This document shows, piece by piece, positions 18,658 to 28,970 of a DNA stretch of 64,000 bases (position 1 is the first letter of the stretch; each line of letters starts with the position of its first letter). Below the pieces are notes generated by a model, which ran no database searches, had not been told where the DNA came from, and saw nothing but the letters and a program-made list of their open reading frames with translations. Source of the DNA: a bacterium. GTDB lineage: Bacteria > UBA8248. Made by a program: the position numbers and the translations under genes. The stretch spans positions 1,984,001-2,048,000 of the forward strand of contig CBDBZU010000004.1 in assembly GCA_965213625.1 (NCBI GenBank). The letters run 5' to 3'.

Positions 18658-20433
18658 TTACTTCTCAGGCACCACGGGCAGCATGATGTAGGACGCGTGC
18701 TCGGGCCCGCAGTGGAGCGTCACGTTCTTCCCGAAAATCTCCTCGGGCCTGTCCACCGGGTCGTCGTGCAAAAACGGCCCGCAGCCGCGGAACACGTTCT
18801 TCATGTTCGAGAGCTTGTGCGTGGTGACGCAGCTGTATTCGTAGTCCTTGCCGCGCACGCTCAAGGCCAGCCGGTAGCCGGGGGGCACCACTATGCAGGT
18901 GGGCCAGACCTCGATGTCGAGCTCGTATATCTCGCCGGGGTTCAGGTATTGCTTCTCGTCATGCGCCTGGTATGGCTTCCACTCCGTAGATAGCTCGGGC
19001 ACGAGCTTTCGGTGTGAAGCCCTCAGCCAGCCCTGTGCGATGGGCGTGTTCGGATCGAGCGTGCCCTGGAAGGTAATCTCCTTCATGTCGGGCGTGAACA
19101 GGCGGAGCACTAGGAACAAGTCCGCATCCTGGGTTTCGGATGAGACGAAGAGTTTCGAAGCAATGGGGCCGGTTATCTCCGTCTCCTCATCGAATGGCGG
19201 CAGCATGAACGTCACGCCGTCGCTCATTCCTCCGTAGGTGATGGTCTGCTCGGTGTCGAGCGGCGCGGAACCCAGGTTCATGTGGGCCGGGTCCAGATAA
19301 AACTTCGTCCACTGCGTCCGCGCGAGGGGCCATTCGTTCTCGCCGCGCTCGACGAATTTCTCGCCCACGTGCCGCACCTTGAGCATGACGGGCGGCTTCT
19401 CCATCCAGCCGGTGTTCTCGCCCTTCAGGTAATGGCCGAAGAACTGCTTCTGGAGCTTCTCCCCGTAGGGCGTGTAGAACTCCGTCCAGTGCTCGAAGCC
19501 GTGGACTTCCAACCATTTCTCCGTTGAGGCCGCCCGCATGAAGCCCTCGTAATTCCCCCTCGGGTGCAAGCCCTGCCCGCCCCAGCTCGCCGCCGAGATG
19601 AAAGGCGTCTTTATCTTGTCCCAGTGGGCTGAGCGATCCTGATACCACTCGCCGTCCAGCGGACGCTCGAGAATGTCGCCCCCGTAGTCCGAGCGGTTTT
19701 TCGCCATCTCCTCCTCGCTCAGGGTCTCGGGTCCGCAGGCCAGACCGCCGTGGACGCGGCTTTTGGGGCCGTTCTCCCCCAGGCCGTACTGTACGCTTTT
19801 GACCTGCATGTCGTACCAGTTGGCCAGGAACGTCGTGAGAATGCCGCCCTGGTGGCTCATGTCGCGGTAGAAATCGGCCGCGCCCTCCCAGACGCACATG
19901 GCTTCCAGGTACTTGGGCTGCAGGCCCGCTACGTGCCACTGGTTGATGGCGTAATACGAGATACCCGTGAGGCCCACCTTGCCGTTGCACCAGGGCTGTT
20001 CACCCGCCCATTCGATGCAGATGGCGAAATCCTTGGTCTCGCGCGGGGAGAAGTGGTCGATGTAGCCCGGCGAGCGGCCGGCGCCGCGTGAATCCACGCG
20101 CACGCAGATGTAGCCGTCGGGCACCCATTTCTCCGGGTCCACGACTTCCCAGCTCTGGTGGATGTTCGAGGAATCCGCGATAGCGTCGGGATGCGCGGTG
20201 GCGAAAAGCTCCCACGCCGTCTCGTAGCCGTCCTGCCATGCCAGGTCTTTCGCATAGGGGCCGTAGCTCAAGATGACCGGGTATTCGCCGTCGTCATCGG
20301 GCCGGTAGACGTTCGCCCGCAGCACGAGGCCGTCTTCCATCCGGATGGGAACGTCCCATTCAATCAGAAAGCCGTGCATTTGTTCGGTTCGGTATTGAGG
20401 GTCCGTACTCAGGTCTATATCGCTCATGGTCAC
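18658..20433 (-). CDS. CocE/NonD family hydrolase (copy 2)
   Basis: RVDSRGAGRSPG, nucleophile GISYYA, C-terminal PepX_C-like GWLRASHR. Confidence 0.92.
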   Translation of the reverse strand: MTMSDIDLSTDPQYRTEQMHGFLIEWDVPIRMEDGLVLRANVYRPDDDGEYPVILSYGPYAKDLAWQDGYETAWELFATAHPDAIADSSNIHQSWEVVDPEKWVPDGYICVRVDSRGAGRSPGYIDHFSPRETKDFAICIEWAGEQPWCNGKVGLTGISYYAINQWHVAGLQPKYLEAMCVWEGAADFYRDMSHQGGILTTFLANWYDMQVKSVQYGLGENGPKSRVHGGLACGPETLSEEEMAKNRSDYGGDILERPLDGEWYQDRSAHWDKIKTPFISAASWGGQGLHPRGNYEGFMRAASTEKWLEVHGFEHWTEFYTPYGEKLQKQFFGHYLKGENTGWMEKPPVMLKVRHVGEKFVERGENEWPLARTQWTKFYLDPAHMNLGSAPLDTEQTITYGGMSDGVTFMLPPFDEETEITGPIASKLFVSSETQDADLFLVLRLFTPDMKEITFQGTLDPNTPIAQGWLRASHRKLVPELSTEWKPYQAHDEKQYLNPGEIYELDIEVWPTCIVVPPGYRLALSVRGKDYEYSCVTTHKLSNMKNVFRGCGPFLHDDPVDRPEEIFGKNVTLHCGPEHASYIMLPVVPEK

Positions 20434-20467
20434 CTCATCTCGTCAGGGGGAAGTTTCATCTTCCGCT

Positions 20468-22219
20468 CTATTTCTCGGGGATCACAGGCAGCATCACGTA
20501 GGCCTCATGCTCACCGCCGCAGTGGAGCGTCACGTTTTTGCCGAACACGTCGGGTGGCCTGTCCTTGGGGTCGTTGTGAATGAAGCATCCGCAGCCGGTG
20601 AACTCGTTTTTCATGTTGGAGAGTCCGCCGCCCGATCCGCCGGGGTACACATAATCCTTGCCGCGCACCGTGAATGCGACCCGGTAGCCCTCGGGAATCA
20701 CGATGCAGGTCGGCCACACCTCGATGTCGAGTTCATAGACCTCGCCAGGTGTTAAGGGCTGTTCCTCATCGTGGGTGTGGTAGGGCCTGTAGGGCAGGGT
20801 TTTCTCGGGATCCAGTTTTCTGTGCGATGCCCGGAGCCAGCCCTGCGCAATGGGCGTGTGCGGGTCGAGCGCGCCCTGGAAGACGACTTCTTCCACGTCC
20901 GGCGTGAACACGCGCACGACCAGGAACATATCCGCATCCTTCGTCTCGGATGAGACGAAAAGCTTGGCCGCGATGGGGCCGGTGACTTCCGTTTCTTCCG
21001 ATATGGGCGGCGTGATGAAGGTGACGCCCTCGCTGAAGCCCGCATAGGTGGTGGTCGCCGCTTCGGTTACGGGAGCGTCTTCGAGCGAATGCGTTTTCGC
21101 GTTCAGGTAGTATTTTGTCCACTGCGTGCGCGCCAGCGGCCATTCGCTCTCGTGCCGCTCGACGAAGCGCTCGCCGGGGTGTCTCACCTGGAGCAGCACG
21201 CGTGGCTGATCCGGCCAGCCGGTGTCTTCGCCTTTCAGGTAATGGCCGAAGAATTTCTTCTGCATGTTGACGCCATAGTCGGTGTAAAACTCCGTCCAGT
21301 GCTCGATGCCGTGGACTTCGAGCCATTTTTCCTCACACCCGGTTTCGAGATAGCCCTCGAAGTTCCCGCGCGGGTGCAGCCCCTGTCCGCCCCAGTTGGC
21401 CGAAGATAGGAGCGGGACCTGGATTTTGCTGAAATCGGGCATACGCGACTGCCAGTATTCGTCGGTGTCGAGCTTGTGGGAAAAGCAATCCTCGCCGAAA
21501 TCGTTGCGGTTCGCACCGAGTTCCTCCTCGGTGAGGGTGATGGGGCCGGAGACCCAGTCGCCCGTGAAGCGGCTCTTGAAGCCGCGCTCGCCGAGGCCAT
21601 GCTGGACGGTGTAGACCTGCATCTCGGACCAGTTGCGCGCAAAACCGTTGCAGAAGATGCCGCCGTGGTGGGCCATTTCCCGGTAATAATCGGCGGCTCC
21701 CTCCCAGACGCACATTGCGCTCAGATGCGGAGGTTGGAGCGAGCCCACCTGCCACTGGTTCATGCCGTAATACGAGATGCCGTTCAGACCTATCTTGCCC
21801 GTGCTCCAGGGTTGGACCGCCGCCCATTCGATGCACTCGTACAAATCCTGCGCCTCGCGCGCCGACCAGATGTCAATAACGCCCGGCGAACGGCCGGCGC
21901 CGCGCGAATCCACGCGAATGCAGATGTAGCCGTCGGGCACCCATTTTTCGGGGTCCACGACTTCCCAGTTCTGGTACTTGTTGGTGGAGCCTGCGGGCAC
22001 GTCGGGATGTTGCTCGACCATGCGCGTCCAGCAGGTCTCATACAAGTCCTCGAAGTGTAGATACTTTCCATACGGGCCGTACGTCAGGATGACGGGGTAT
22101 TTCCCATCGTCCTGCGGGCGGTAGACGTCGCACCGCAAAACGACGCCGTCTTCCATGGGGATCGGCGCATCCCAGTCGATGCGCATCCCGTCTCTGTCTT
22201 CGGTTTTGTAATCGTTCAT
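20468..22219 (-). CDS. CocE/NonD family hydrolase (copy 1)
   Basis: Same motifs (GISYYG); collinear paralogue of 18658..20433. Confidence 0.92.
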   Translation of the reverse strand: MNDYKTEDRDGMRIDWDAPIPMEDGVVLRCDVYRPQDDGKYPVILTYGPYGKYLHFEDLYETCWTRMVEQHPDVPAGSTNKYQNWEVVDPEKWVPDGYICIRVDSRGAGRSPGVIDIWSAREAQDLYECIEWAAVQPWSTGKIGLNGISYYGMNQWQVGSLQPPHLSAMCVWEGAADYYREMAHHGGIFCNGFARNWSEMQVYTVQHGLGERGFKSRFTGDWVSGPITLTEEELGANRNDFGEDCFSHKLDTDEYWQSRMPDFSKIQVPLLSSANWGGQGLHPRGNFEGYLETGCEEKWLEVHGIEHWTEFYTDYGVNMQKKFFGHYLKGEDTGWPDQPRVLLQVRHPGERFVERHESEWPLARTQWTKYYLNAKTHSLEDAPVTEAATTTYAGFSEGVTFITPPISEETEVTGPIAAKLFVSSETKDADMFLVVRVFTPDVEEVVFQGALDPHTPIAQGWLRASHRKLDPEKTLPYRPYHTHDEEQPLTPGEVYELDIEVWPTCIVIPEGYRVAFTVRGKDYVYPGGSGGGLSNMKNEFTGCGCFIHNDPKDRPPDVFGKNVTLHCGGEHEAYVMLPVIPEK

Positions 22220-22434
22220 TCAGTCTTTCTCCTCAGCTCATCGAAGATGTTTAAGTGCAGGTAGTTCGTACGGCTACCCTGAAAATTTTAATTGTCGTAT
22301 CGGTGAACGCGGCGATTATAGCCGCCTTGCGCTACGTGATCCAGATAGGGGGGTGGTTTTCTCGAGGATCGATGGCCTCTTCGTGCGCGCCATATTACCG
22401 GGTCGTCATGCGGCAGCACCATCTCCCAGTTCCG

Positions 22435-23751
22435 TCATCCGGTGAAGTGCTCCATCGCGGCGAATCCGATACCCATCAGCGCTGCAACGCCCAGGGTTTT
22501 CATGAGAGACTGGTGCCGCCACAGGAGCATTATCGCGCTCACGCCGCCGATGAGAAGAACCCGCCAGTCCAGGGAGTGCCATACCGGCGTCAGGAGTTTC
22601 ACCGGGCCGATTTGCACAGACGGCAGTTCAGTGAACAGGACGTGCAGACTGAACCAGATGGAGAGGTTGAGAATAACGCCCACCACCGCCGCCGTAATCG
22701 CCTCCAGGGCGCCCTTCAGCCGCGGCTGGGCTGTGAGCTGCTCGATATAGGGCGCACCGGCGAATATCCACAGGAAACAGGGCGCAAACGTGACCCAGAG
22801 CGTGACCAGCGCGCCGGCGATCCCCATGCTCACCCCGCCCGCACGGTATCCTGCGACATAGCCGACGAACTCCGTGACCAGGATGAGCGGCCCCGGGGTG
22901 GTTTCCGCTAGTCCCAGGCCATCCAGCATTTCGCCTGCGCTCAACCAGCCTTTATGGGTCACCACGTCCTGCGCCAGGTAGGCGAGCACCGCGTAGGCTC
23001 CGCCGAACGTGACTACCGCGAGGCGGGAGAAGAAATTGGCTATTTGCACCAGGACCTCGTAGCCGCCCACAAGCGCCAGCAGCAGCACCGGCGTCCACCA
23101 GACGATTATCCACAAGGCAACCGTCCTCACCGTGCCGGTCACCGACCAGCCATCCCGCTCGATCTCTCGGGTGTCCTGTCCGCCCAGGAGGAAAAATCCG
23201 GCCAGGGCGGATATCAGGATTAGAATAGGGAACGGGACCGACAGAAAGAAAATGGCCACGAAGGCCAGTCCGGCGATAGTCCAGTGCACGGCTGAATGCA
23301 GCGCTCTTTTCGCCACCCTCAGCAAAGCTTCCATCACGATGATCAGGACCGCGCCCTTGATCCCCAGAAACAGCGCGGCCATTACCGGCAGGTGGCCGAC
23401 GGCCATGTACAACATCGCCAGTCCGAGCACCACCAGAGCGCCTGGAACCACGAACAAGAGGCCCGCCAGCAGCCCGCCGGGCACACCGCGAAGTTGCCAC
23501 CCCGCGTAGGTGGCGAGTTGCATGGCTTCGGGGCCGGGCAGCAGCATGCAGAAGCTGAGCGCGCCCAGGAACCTTTCCTCATCGAGCAACTCTTCCTCTT
23601 CGACCAGGATTCGGTGCATGACCGCTATCTGCGCCGCCGGTCCGCCGAATGACAGGATCCCGATGCGCCAGAAAACGGCGAGCATCCGTCGCCAGGTGAA
23701 GTCTGATTCCAGGTGTGCGTCACTGCCGGCGGAGTCTTCGGCGCCCATCAT
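22435..23751 (-). CDS. chrA: Chromate efflux transporter (long-chain CHR)
   Basis: SFGGPAAQIAVMH, LLPGPEA, TFGGAYAVL and ETTPGPLI duplicated CHR motifs. Confidence 0.92.
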   Translation of the reverse strand: MMGAEDSAGSDAHLESDFTWRRMLAVFWRIGILSFGGPAAQIAVMHRILVEEEELLDEERFLGALSFCMLLPGPEAMQLATYAGWQLRGVPGGLLAGLLFVVPGALVVLGLAMLYMAVGHLPVMAALFLGIKGAVLIIVMEALLRVAKRALHSAVHWTIAGLAFVAIFFLSVPFPILILISALAGFFLLGGQDTREIERDGWSVTGTVRTVALWIIVWWTPVLLLALVGGYEVLVQIANFFSRLAVVTFGGAYAVLAYLAQDVVTHKGWLSAGEMLDGLGLAETTPGPLILVTEFVGYVAGYRAGGVSMGIAGALVTLWVTFAPCFLWIFAGAPYIEQLTAQPRLKGALEAITAAVVGVILNLSIWFSLHVLFTELPSVQIGPVKLLTPVWHSLDWRVLLIGGVSAIMLLWRHQSLMKTLGVAALMGIGFAAMEHFTG

Positions 23752-23823
23752 TGTTCTCCCACATCAGACGGAATTAACACCGCAATGATGGTGTTCGTTT
23801 ATATCCGAGAAGAAAAACGCCGC

Positions 23824-24855
23824 TCAATCCGTTCGGTAGGCTTGCGTGATGGCCTGGCTCGAAGTGTTCCAGCCCGGTATGACGAGGCAGGACGGGCCGG
23901 GGATGCCGCCTGCGACGATCAGGAGGATGTCTTCTGGTTCGTGCACCATGGGGACGGGAGAATCATCGTCGTCGTGGTCCACCCAGTCCGGCCAGCGCGA
24001 GAGCTCGGCCCCCCGGTAGCGCCCGCCTTTTTTGAGGACGCCCACGGGCATTCTCGCCCGCTCGCAGAGTTCTCCTTTCACGTCCTCGCGGTTAAGACCA
24101 CCTCTCGCGAGGATGTCGGCATGATCGGGCGCGACCACGATCACCCAGTTCGTCTGTGTGTAGGCCGTCGTGGCGCCCATCGCGCACATGGTGTTCGAGA
24201 GCGTGGTGAGGACGCCTTCGGGCTTTGCGCTCACGTCGTCCATCGCCATGCGAGGCGCCTCGGCGTTGCAGACGGTGAGGACGTCGGCATCCGCCCCGAA
24301 GCCGAAATCGCCCGGCATCGGCTCCCAGGGGCTTTGTTCCTCGTTCTCGCGGACGCAGTAGGTGAACTTGGATGGGCTGCCGAAGGTGCTCATGTCAGAG
24401 ACGCCCGGTATGCCGCCGCCCAGGTTCATCAAGATGAGCCTTATCGCGCGGCCGATGGTGGCGTTCGCCCGGAAGCCGGGGCCGAAGCATCCAGACCCCC
24501 CGTGGACGCCGATCTCCTTTGCATAGGGGCCGTTCAGTATCAACAAGGGTCCACCGGTGAACATGGTGGCCTGAATGCCCACGAGGTTGAAGCGCTCGAT
24601 CAACATCGCCTCGACCGCCCCCAGTACAACGGGCAGGTATTCAGGTCTGCAGCCCGCCATCAAGGCGTGCAAAGCGACGCTCTCCACCGTCGCCGCATTC
24701 AGCGAGGGCGGAACGTCTCCTAAAACTTCGCCTGCGTCTCTGCTCGTGCCGGCCAGCATCCAGGCGAGACGCTCGGGCGTGGGCGTCACCACGGGCAGCC
24801 CGTCCGACCAGGGCATCTCTAAGAAATACTCAAAGGGGTCTTGCGTCTCGTTCAT
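23824..24855 (-). CDS. Conserved hypothetical protein (family often linked to UGSC/thioredoxin-like proteins)
   Basis: WSDGLPVVTPTPER, ALMAGCRPEYLPVV, RANATIGRA and ENEEQSPWEP are motifs of an uncharacterised family I recognise from memory. Confidence 0.65.
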   Translation of the reverse strand: MNETQDPFEYFLEMPWSDGLPVVTPTPERLAWMLAGTSRDAGEVLGDVPPSLNAATVESVALHALMAGCRPEYLPVVLGAVEAMLIERFNLVGIQATMFTGGPLLILNGPYAKEIGVHGGSGCFGPGFRANATIGRAIRLILMNLGGGIPGVSDMSTFGSPSKFTYCVRENEEQSPWEPMPGDFGFGADADVLTVCNAEAPRMAMDDVSAKPEGVLTTLSNTMCAMGATTAYTQTNWVIVVAPDHADILARGGLNREDVKGELCERARMPVGVLKKGGRYRGAELSRWPDWVDHDDDDSPVPMVHEPEDILLIVAGGIPGPSCLVIPGWNTSSQAITQAYRTD

Positions 24856-24864
24856 CGTGTGTCC

Positions 24865-25758
24865 TTACAGGGTGAGATTGTAGAACTTTCTCGCATTCTC
24901 GAACGATACCTTGCGGATCGCCTCCTCCGATAACCCTGCGTTTCGCATGGCGCGCAGCGTCTTGGGAACCGAGAGGATGTCGATGGGCCGGTAGCCCAGA
25001 TGGTCGGAATTGATCATGATCCGGTCCGGCCCGAACCTCTCCACCCACTCGATGACCTGGGCGGGATGTAGGGGCCTGAGCGCGCTGCCGATGCTGATGG
25101 CGCACATGGCGCGCGTGTGCTCGTGGATGTGTTCGACCGTAGTGGCGTCGGTGTGATCGACGGCCACTTTGGCTTCATCGAAGCCGGTCTTCCGGATGAT
25201 TTCCAGGTCTTTTTGCATGTAGTGGAGCCGGATCTGCTCGGGCGGCACGTCCGCCTGCACGGCGACTTTTCCGAGGAAATCCTTGCTCTTTTTGGGTGTC
25301 GGCGTATGGAGGATAATGGGTTTATTGTACTTTTTCGCCATATCCGCCTGCGCTTCGAGACACGCGGCCTGTTCTTCCATCGGCCAGGTGAGGGAGAAAT
25401 ACTGCGTGGGGTCGAGGCCGATCTCACCCAGGGCTACGACGTTTTCGTCTTCAAGAAAACCGGGCATCTTCTCGAGCAGTTTTTCCCAGTCGGTCACCCG
25501 CGTCATCGAGCTGATGCCGACCGCGCAGCTGATTTGGATGAAGTGCTGCGCCTCGAGGGCCCGGACCATCTCGAGGGGGCCTTCCCAGAAGCGCATAATG
25601 TCGTCATAACCGGGCGCTTCGTCCCACACCTCGCGGTAGAGGTGGGGGTTGCCGCAGGAGAGCACCGCCGCACGCATGCCCGTCGTGCCGAGCAGTTCCC
25701 ACTCGTCCCAGTTCAGGGCGTGCATGTGGTTGTGGCTGTCGATGTATTCGCCGAACAC
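24865..25758 (-). CDS. TatD-related metal-dependent hydrolase (COG1099/EboB-like)
   Basis: DSHNH, ALGEIGLD, ILHTP, VDH and INSD metal ligands. Confidence 0.82.
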   Translation of the reverse strand: MFGEYIDSHNHMHALNWDEWELLGTTGMRAAVLSCGNPHLYREVWDEAPGYDDIMRFWEGPLEMVRALEAQHFIQISCAVGISSMTRVTDWEKLLEKMPGFLEDENVVALGEIGLDPTQYFSLTWPMEEQAACLEAQADMAKKYNKPIILHTPTPKKSKDFLGKVAVQADVPPEQIRLHYMQKDLEIIRKTGFDEAKVAVDHTDATTVEHIHEHTRAMCAISIGSALRPLHPAQVIEWVERFGPDRIMINSDHLGYRPIDILSVPKTLRAMRNAGLSEEAIRKVSFENARKFYNLTL

Positions 25759-25913
25759 CGGAACCTCTCCGCTAAGTTTCGCGCTTTGAGGCTCAACCTA
25801 TCCGCATGGCCCCCGGCGGTCAAGGGGGAATTGTCCATCGGGCGGAATGTAGGAGAAGACTTTGCTCGCTCCAGCGGTCGGCTCGCCTATGCGCGGGAAG
25901 CCGACTTGCGTGC

Positions 25914-26498
25914 CTACTCGAAGTGGCCGTTTGTATGCGCGAGATTCGCTTCCAGCTCTTCGATGCGCCTGTTCTTCTCGTCCAGCGCTTTCTTGTACCG
26001 GTTGACAGCCAGTTTCGATCGCTTCAGTTCGCCACGCAGGTTTTTCTCACTGGATTCGAGTTCGTTCACCCGCGCCCGGAGTTGCTCGAATTCCTCGCGA
26101 GTGGGAACTTTCGGCTTCTTGAGTGGAGTGGGAGCCTTCTTGATGCACGTTTTTTCTTTCTCCGGGGATTGGAAGTCTGTGAATCTCAGTACGGATGAAA
26201 CGGCAGCAAGCGCCTGGGTCATCGTGGGAAAATTGAGTACGCGCGACAGTTCAACGCCTGCTAGGGCCATGCACCGGCTCGCCCTCGTGTAGCTGATTCC
26301 GACGCTTTGGAGCCAGTCCATCCATTGTCCGTGCGCTTGTTTCTTTCTCACTTCCAGTAGTGCACGTCCACACCTCCAGGCGGCTTCGATCGTTGATTTG
26401 TACGACGCCTGGAATTTCCGATCCCAGAAGATCGCTTTTCCCTCCGGCGTCCGGGCGGCGGCAGTCCCGTTCGATTCGACAAGCTCGGCATTCTTCAT
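25914..26498 (-). CDS. Phage/MGE-like protein with DUF3102-like domain and C-terminal coiled coil
   Basis: AWRCGRALLEVRKKQAHGQWMDWL..ISYTRASRCMALA pattern. ATG at 26498 follows GAGGAGG; lies next to the tRNA 3' end. Confidence 0.65.
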   Translation of the reverse strand: MKNAELVESNGTAAARTPEGKAIFWDRKFQASYKSTIEAAWRCGRALLEVRKKQAHGQWMDWLQSVGISYTRASRCMALAGVELSRVLNFPTMTQALAAVSSVLRFTDFQSPEKEKTCIKKAPTPLKKPKVPTREEFEQLRARVNELESSEKNLRGELKRSKLAVNRYKKALDEKNRRIEELEANLAHTNGHFE

Positions 26499-26739
26499 TT
26501 TCATTCCTCCTCGAACAAAACCGACCCCGTATTTTAGCACCGCCGCCCGCTCAAGCCAAAAAAAATCGTTCGGGGAAAAGATGCCGGTTTGGTGGTTTTC
26601 TGCATCGGCGAACTGCATCTGTCGAAAAGGGAGAAGGAAGGAAATCCTCAATGCGATAGGGCTTGCAATATGCAGTCTAACCTATTGAATAAATTGATTA
26701 TAACTGTATTGAGGAGTGGCGAGAGGGAATAATAAACAT

Positions 26740-26815
26740 TGGTGCGCGTGGCAGGAGTCGAACCTGCGACTTCCTGCTCCGGAGGCAGGCGCTCTATCCT
26801 CTGAGCTACACGCGC
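26740..26815 (-). tRNA. tRNA-Arg (CCG)
   Basis: GCGCGTG acceptor stem, D arm TAGCTCAG..GATAGAGC, anticodon arm CCTGC-CTCCGGA-GCAGG, GGTTCGACTCC, encoded CCA; 76 nt. Confidence 0.96.
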
Positions 26816-26845
26816 ATATTCATCAACCGCTTTTGAGCCTAACCC

Positions 26846-27085
26846 CTATAGCATGGAGTGCGTGCCGTCGCACATGGGCGCGTTGCCCGTCTGCTTGCAT
26901 CCGCAAAAGGCGCAAGGTTTTCCCGCCTGTACGTCGAGGACGATGGGGCGGAACTCCGATCCCTTGTGCGAGCCGTCGCAGAAAGGCTGCGATTTACTCA
27001 GGCCGCAGGCGCACCAGGCGACTTTCTCGTCCTTTTCCGGTTTGTAGATATAGGGTGCTTTCTGGGCCACATGAGGGTCGGCCAT
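26846..27085 (-). CDS. CDGSH iron-sulfur domain protein (two CDGSH motifs, MiNT/CISD3-like)
   Basis: WCACGLSKSQPFCDGSH and FCGCKQTGNAPMCDGTH. ATG at 27085 follows AAGGAG. Confidence 0.93.
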   Translation of the reverse strand: MADPHVAQKAPYIYKPEKDEKVAWCACGLSKSQPFCDGSHKGSEFRPIVLDVQAGKPCAFCGCKQTGNAPMCDGTHSML

Positions 27086-27221
27086 CAGTACAGTCTCCTT
27101 TGTCTTGACGCTGTAGGCGATATGAATCAGGTTCGCTATTCTAGTCCGAATCACCGCCCTTGAAAAGAACCGCCCAGTTAGGAGGGCGAAACGCCCCGCT
27201 TGCAAGCGAAAAGGAATCCAG

Positions 27222-27860
27222 TTGCCCGCATCCACGCCCGCGCGTCTTCTTCGCATACTAGAGCAGACCTACCCCGACGCGCGCTGCGCGCTTCATTACC
27301 GAAACCCGCTCGAACTGCTGGTGGCGACGATGCTCTCCGCCCAGTGCACGGATGAGCGGGTGAACATGGTGACCCCCGCCCTTTTCGCCCGCTATCCCGA
27401 CGCCGCCTCGTATGCGGAGGCCGCGCCCGCTGAACTCGAGGAGTTGATTCACTCCTGCGGATTCTACCGCCAGAAGGCGAAGTCCATCCGTGCGTGCTGC
27501 CGCCGCCTCGTGAATGAATATGGCGGCGAGGTGCCGGACGATATGGAAGATCTGGTGACCCTGCCCGGCGTGGGGCGCAAGACGGCCAACGTCGTCTTGA
27601 ACGAGGCATACGGTGAGCCCGCAATCGCGGTGGATACGCACGTTCTGCGCACCGGGAACCGGCTGGGCTGGATATCAACGCGCGACCCGGTGAAGGCCGA
27701 ATTTCAGCTATTGGACGCCGTGCCGAAAAAATGGTGGGGCCGCGTCACGCTTCTCCTGATTCATCACGGAAGAAATTGCTGCTCGGCGAGAAAGCCGCTT
27801 TGCACGGATTGTCCGATCCTGAAAAGCTGTCCACATGGACAGGAGGTGGTTTCCTCCTGA
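27222..27860 (+). CDS. nth: Endonuclease III
   Basis: LSAQCTDERVN, LPGVGRKTANVV, AVDTHV, C-X6-C-X2-C-X5-C Fe-S motif. Confidence 0.96.
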   Translation: MPASTPARLLRILEQTYPDARCALHYRNPLELLVATMLSAQCTDERVNMVTPALFARYPDAASYAEAAPAELEELIHSCGFYRQKAKSIRACCRRLVNEYGGEVPDDMEDLVTLPGVGRKTANVVLNEAYGEPAIAVDTHVLRTGNRLGWISTRDPVKAEFQLLDAVPKKWWGRVTLLLIHHGRNCCSARKPLCTDCPILKSCPHGQEVVSS

Positions 27861-27971
27861 AAATTTTCGGGGATTTCCGCGTTCGACTGGACAATTCAAT
27901 TTCTCTGTTCTTATAATCGGGCATCTGATGATTCGTCCCGAGAAGTCGAACTTGTAACCCGGAGGTTATCC

Positions 27972-28970
27972 ATGGCCACTGGCGCAGCCGTCGGCACCGA
28001 CACAATCCTGGAACTGAGAGACCTGCACACCTACTTCCATACCCCCGAGGGCACGGTGCGCGCCGTGGACGGCGTGAGCTACAGCCTGAAAGCAGGCGAG
28101 ACGCTCGGCGTAGTGGGCGAGTCGGGGTGCGGCAAGACGGTGACGGCGCTTTCGGTGCTTCGCCTCATCCCCGAGCCGCCGGGCGAGATATTCGGCGACG
28201 GCATCTTCTTCGAGGGCCGCGACCTGACGAAACTCGATACGAAGGAGTTGCGCGAGATAAGGGGCAACCACATCTCGATGATTTTCCAGGAACCGATGAC
28301 GAGTTTGAACCCCGTGTTCACCGTCGGTTTCCAGATTGCGGAAGCCGTCATGCTCCACCAGGGCATGACGAAAAAAGACGCGATGGACAAGGCCGCCGAG
28401 ATGCTCGACCTGGTCGGAATCCCCCTGCCGCGCCAACGCGTGCGGGAATACCCACACCAGCTCTCAGGCGGCATGCGGCAGCGCGCGATGATCGCCATGG
28501 CGCTCTCGTGCAACCCGAAAATCCTCCTGGCCGATGAGCCGACCACGGCGCTCGACGTGACCATCCAGGCGCAGATACTCGACCTCATGGTCAAGCTGCA
28601 GGAAGAGCTCGGCACGGCGGTCATCCTCATCACGCACGACTTGGGCCTCGTGGCCGAGACGTGCAAGCGCGTCGTCGTCATGTATGCCGGCAAGGTGGTC
28701 GAGGAGGCGCCGACGGAAGAGATTTTCGGCAACCCGCTTCACCCCTATACCCGGGGGTTGCTCAACTCGATACCGAAGATCAACACCACGAAGCCGGGCG
28801 AGAAGATTCGTCTGGAGGAGATCAAGGGCATCGTGCCCAGTCTGAACCGCCTGCCGACGGGCTGCAGCTTCAACCCGAGGTGCCCGGAAGTGAAGGCGAT
28901 GTGCCTGGAGCACGAACCCGAACTCAAAGAGGTTTCCCCCGGACACTTCGTCCGCTGCCTCCTGTATTAG
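27972..28970 (+). CDS. Oligopeptide/dipeptide ABC transporter ATP-binding protein (OppD/DppD-like)
   Basis: [35 protein letters not shown] and a C-terminal Cys cluster. Confidence 0.93.
   Translation: MATGAAVGTDTILELRDLHTYFHTPEGTVRAVDGVSYSLKAGETLGVVGESGCGKTVTALSVLRLIPEPPGEIFGDGIFFEGRDLTKLDTKELREIRGNHISMIFQEPMTSLNPVFTVGFQIAEAVMLHQGMTKKDAMDKAAEMLDLVGIPLPRQRVREYPHQLSGGMRQRAMIAMALSCNPKILLADEPTTALDVTIQAQILDLMVKLQEELGTAVILITHDLGLVAETCKRVVVMYAGKVVEEAPTEEIFGNPLHPYTRGLLNSIPKINTTKPGEKIRLEEIKGIVPSLNRLPTGCSFNPRCPEVKAMCLEHEPELKEVSPGHFVRCLLY

Noticed and set aside
15520-26740. Large genomic island integrated at tRNA-Arg
   Set aside because: No integrase and no direct repeat of the tRNA 3' end was found by eye; most intervening genes have host-like composition.
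27972-28970. Orphan oppD-like ATPase as a novel system
   Set aside because: Dispersed ABC subunits are common, and the protein is entirely canonical.
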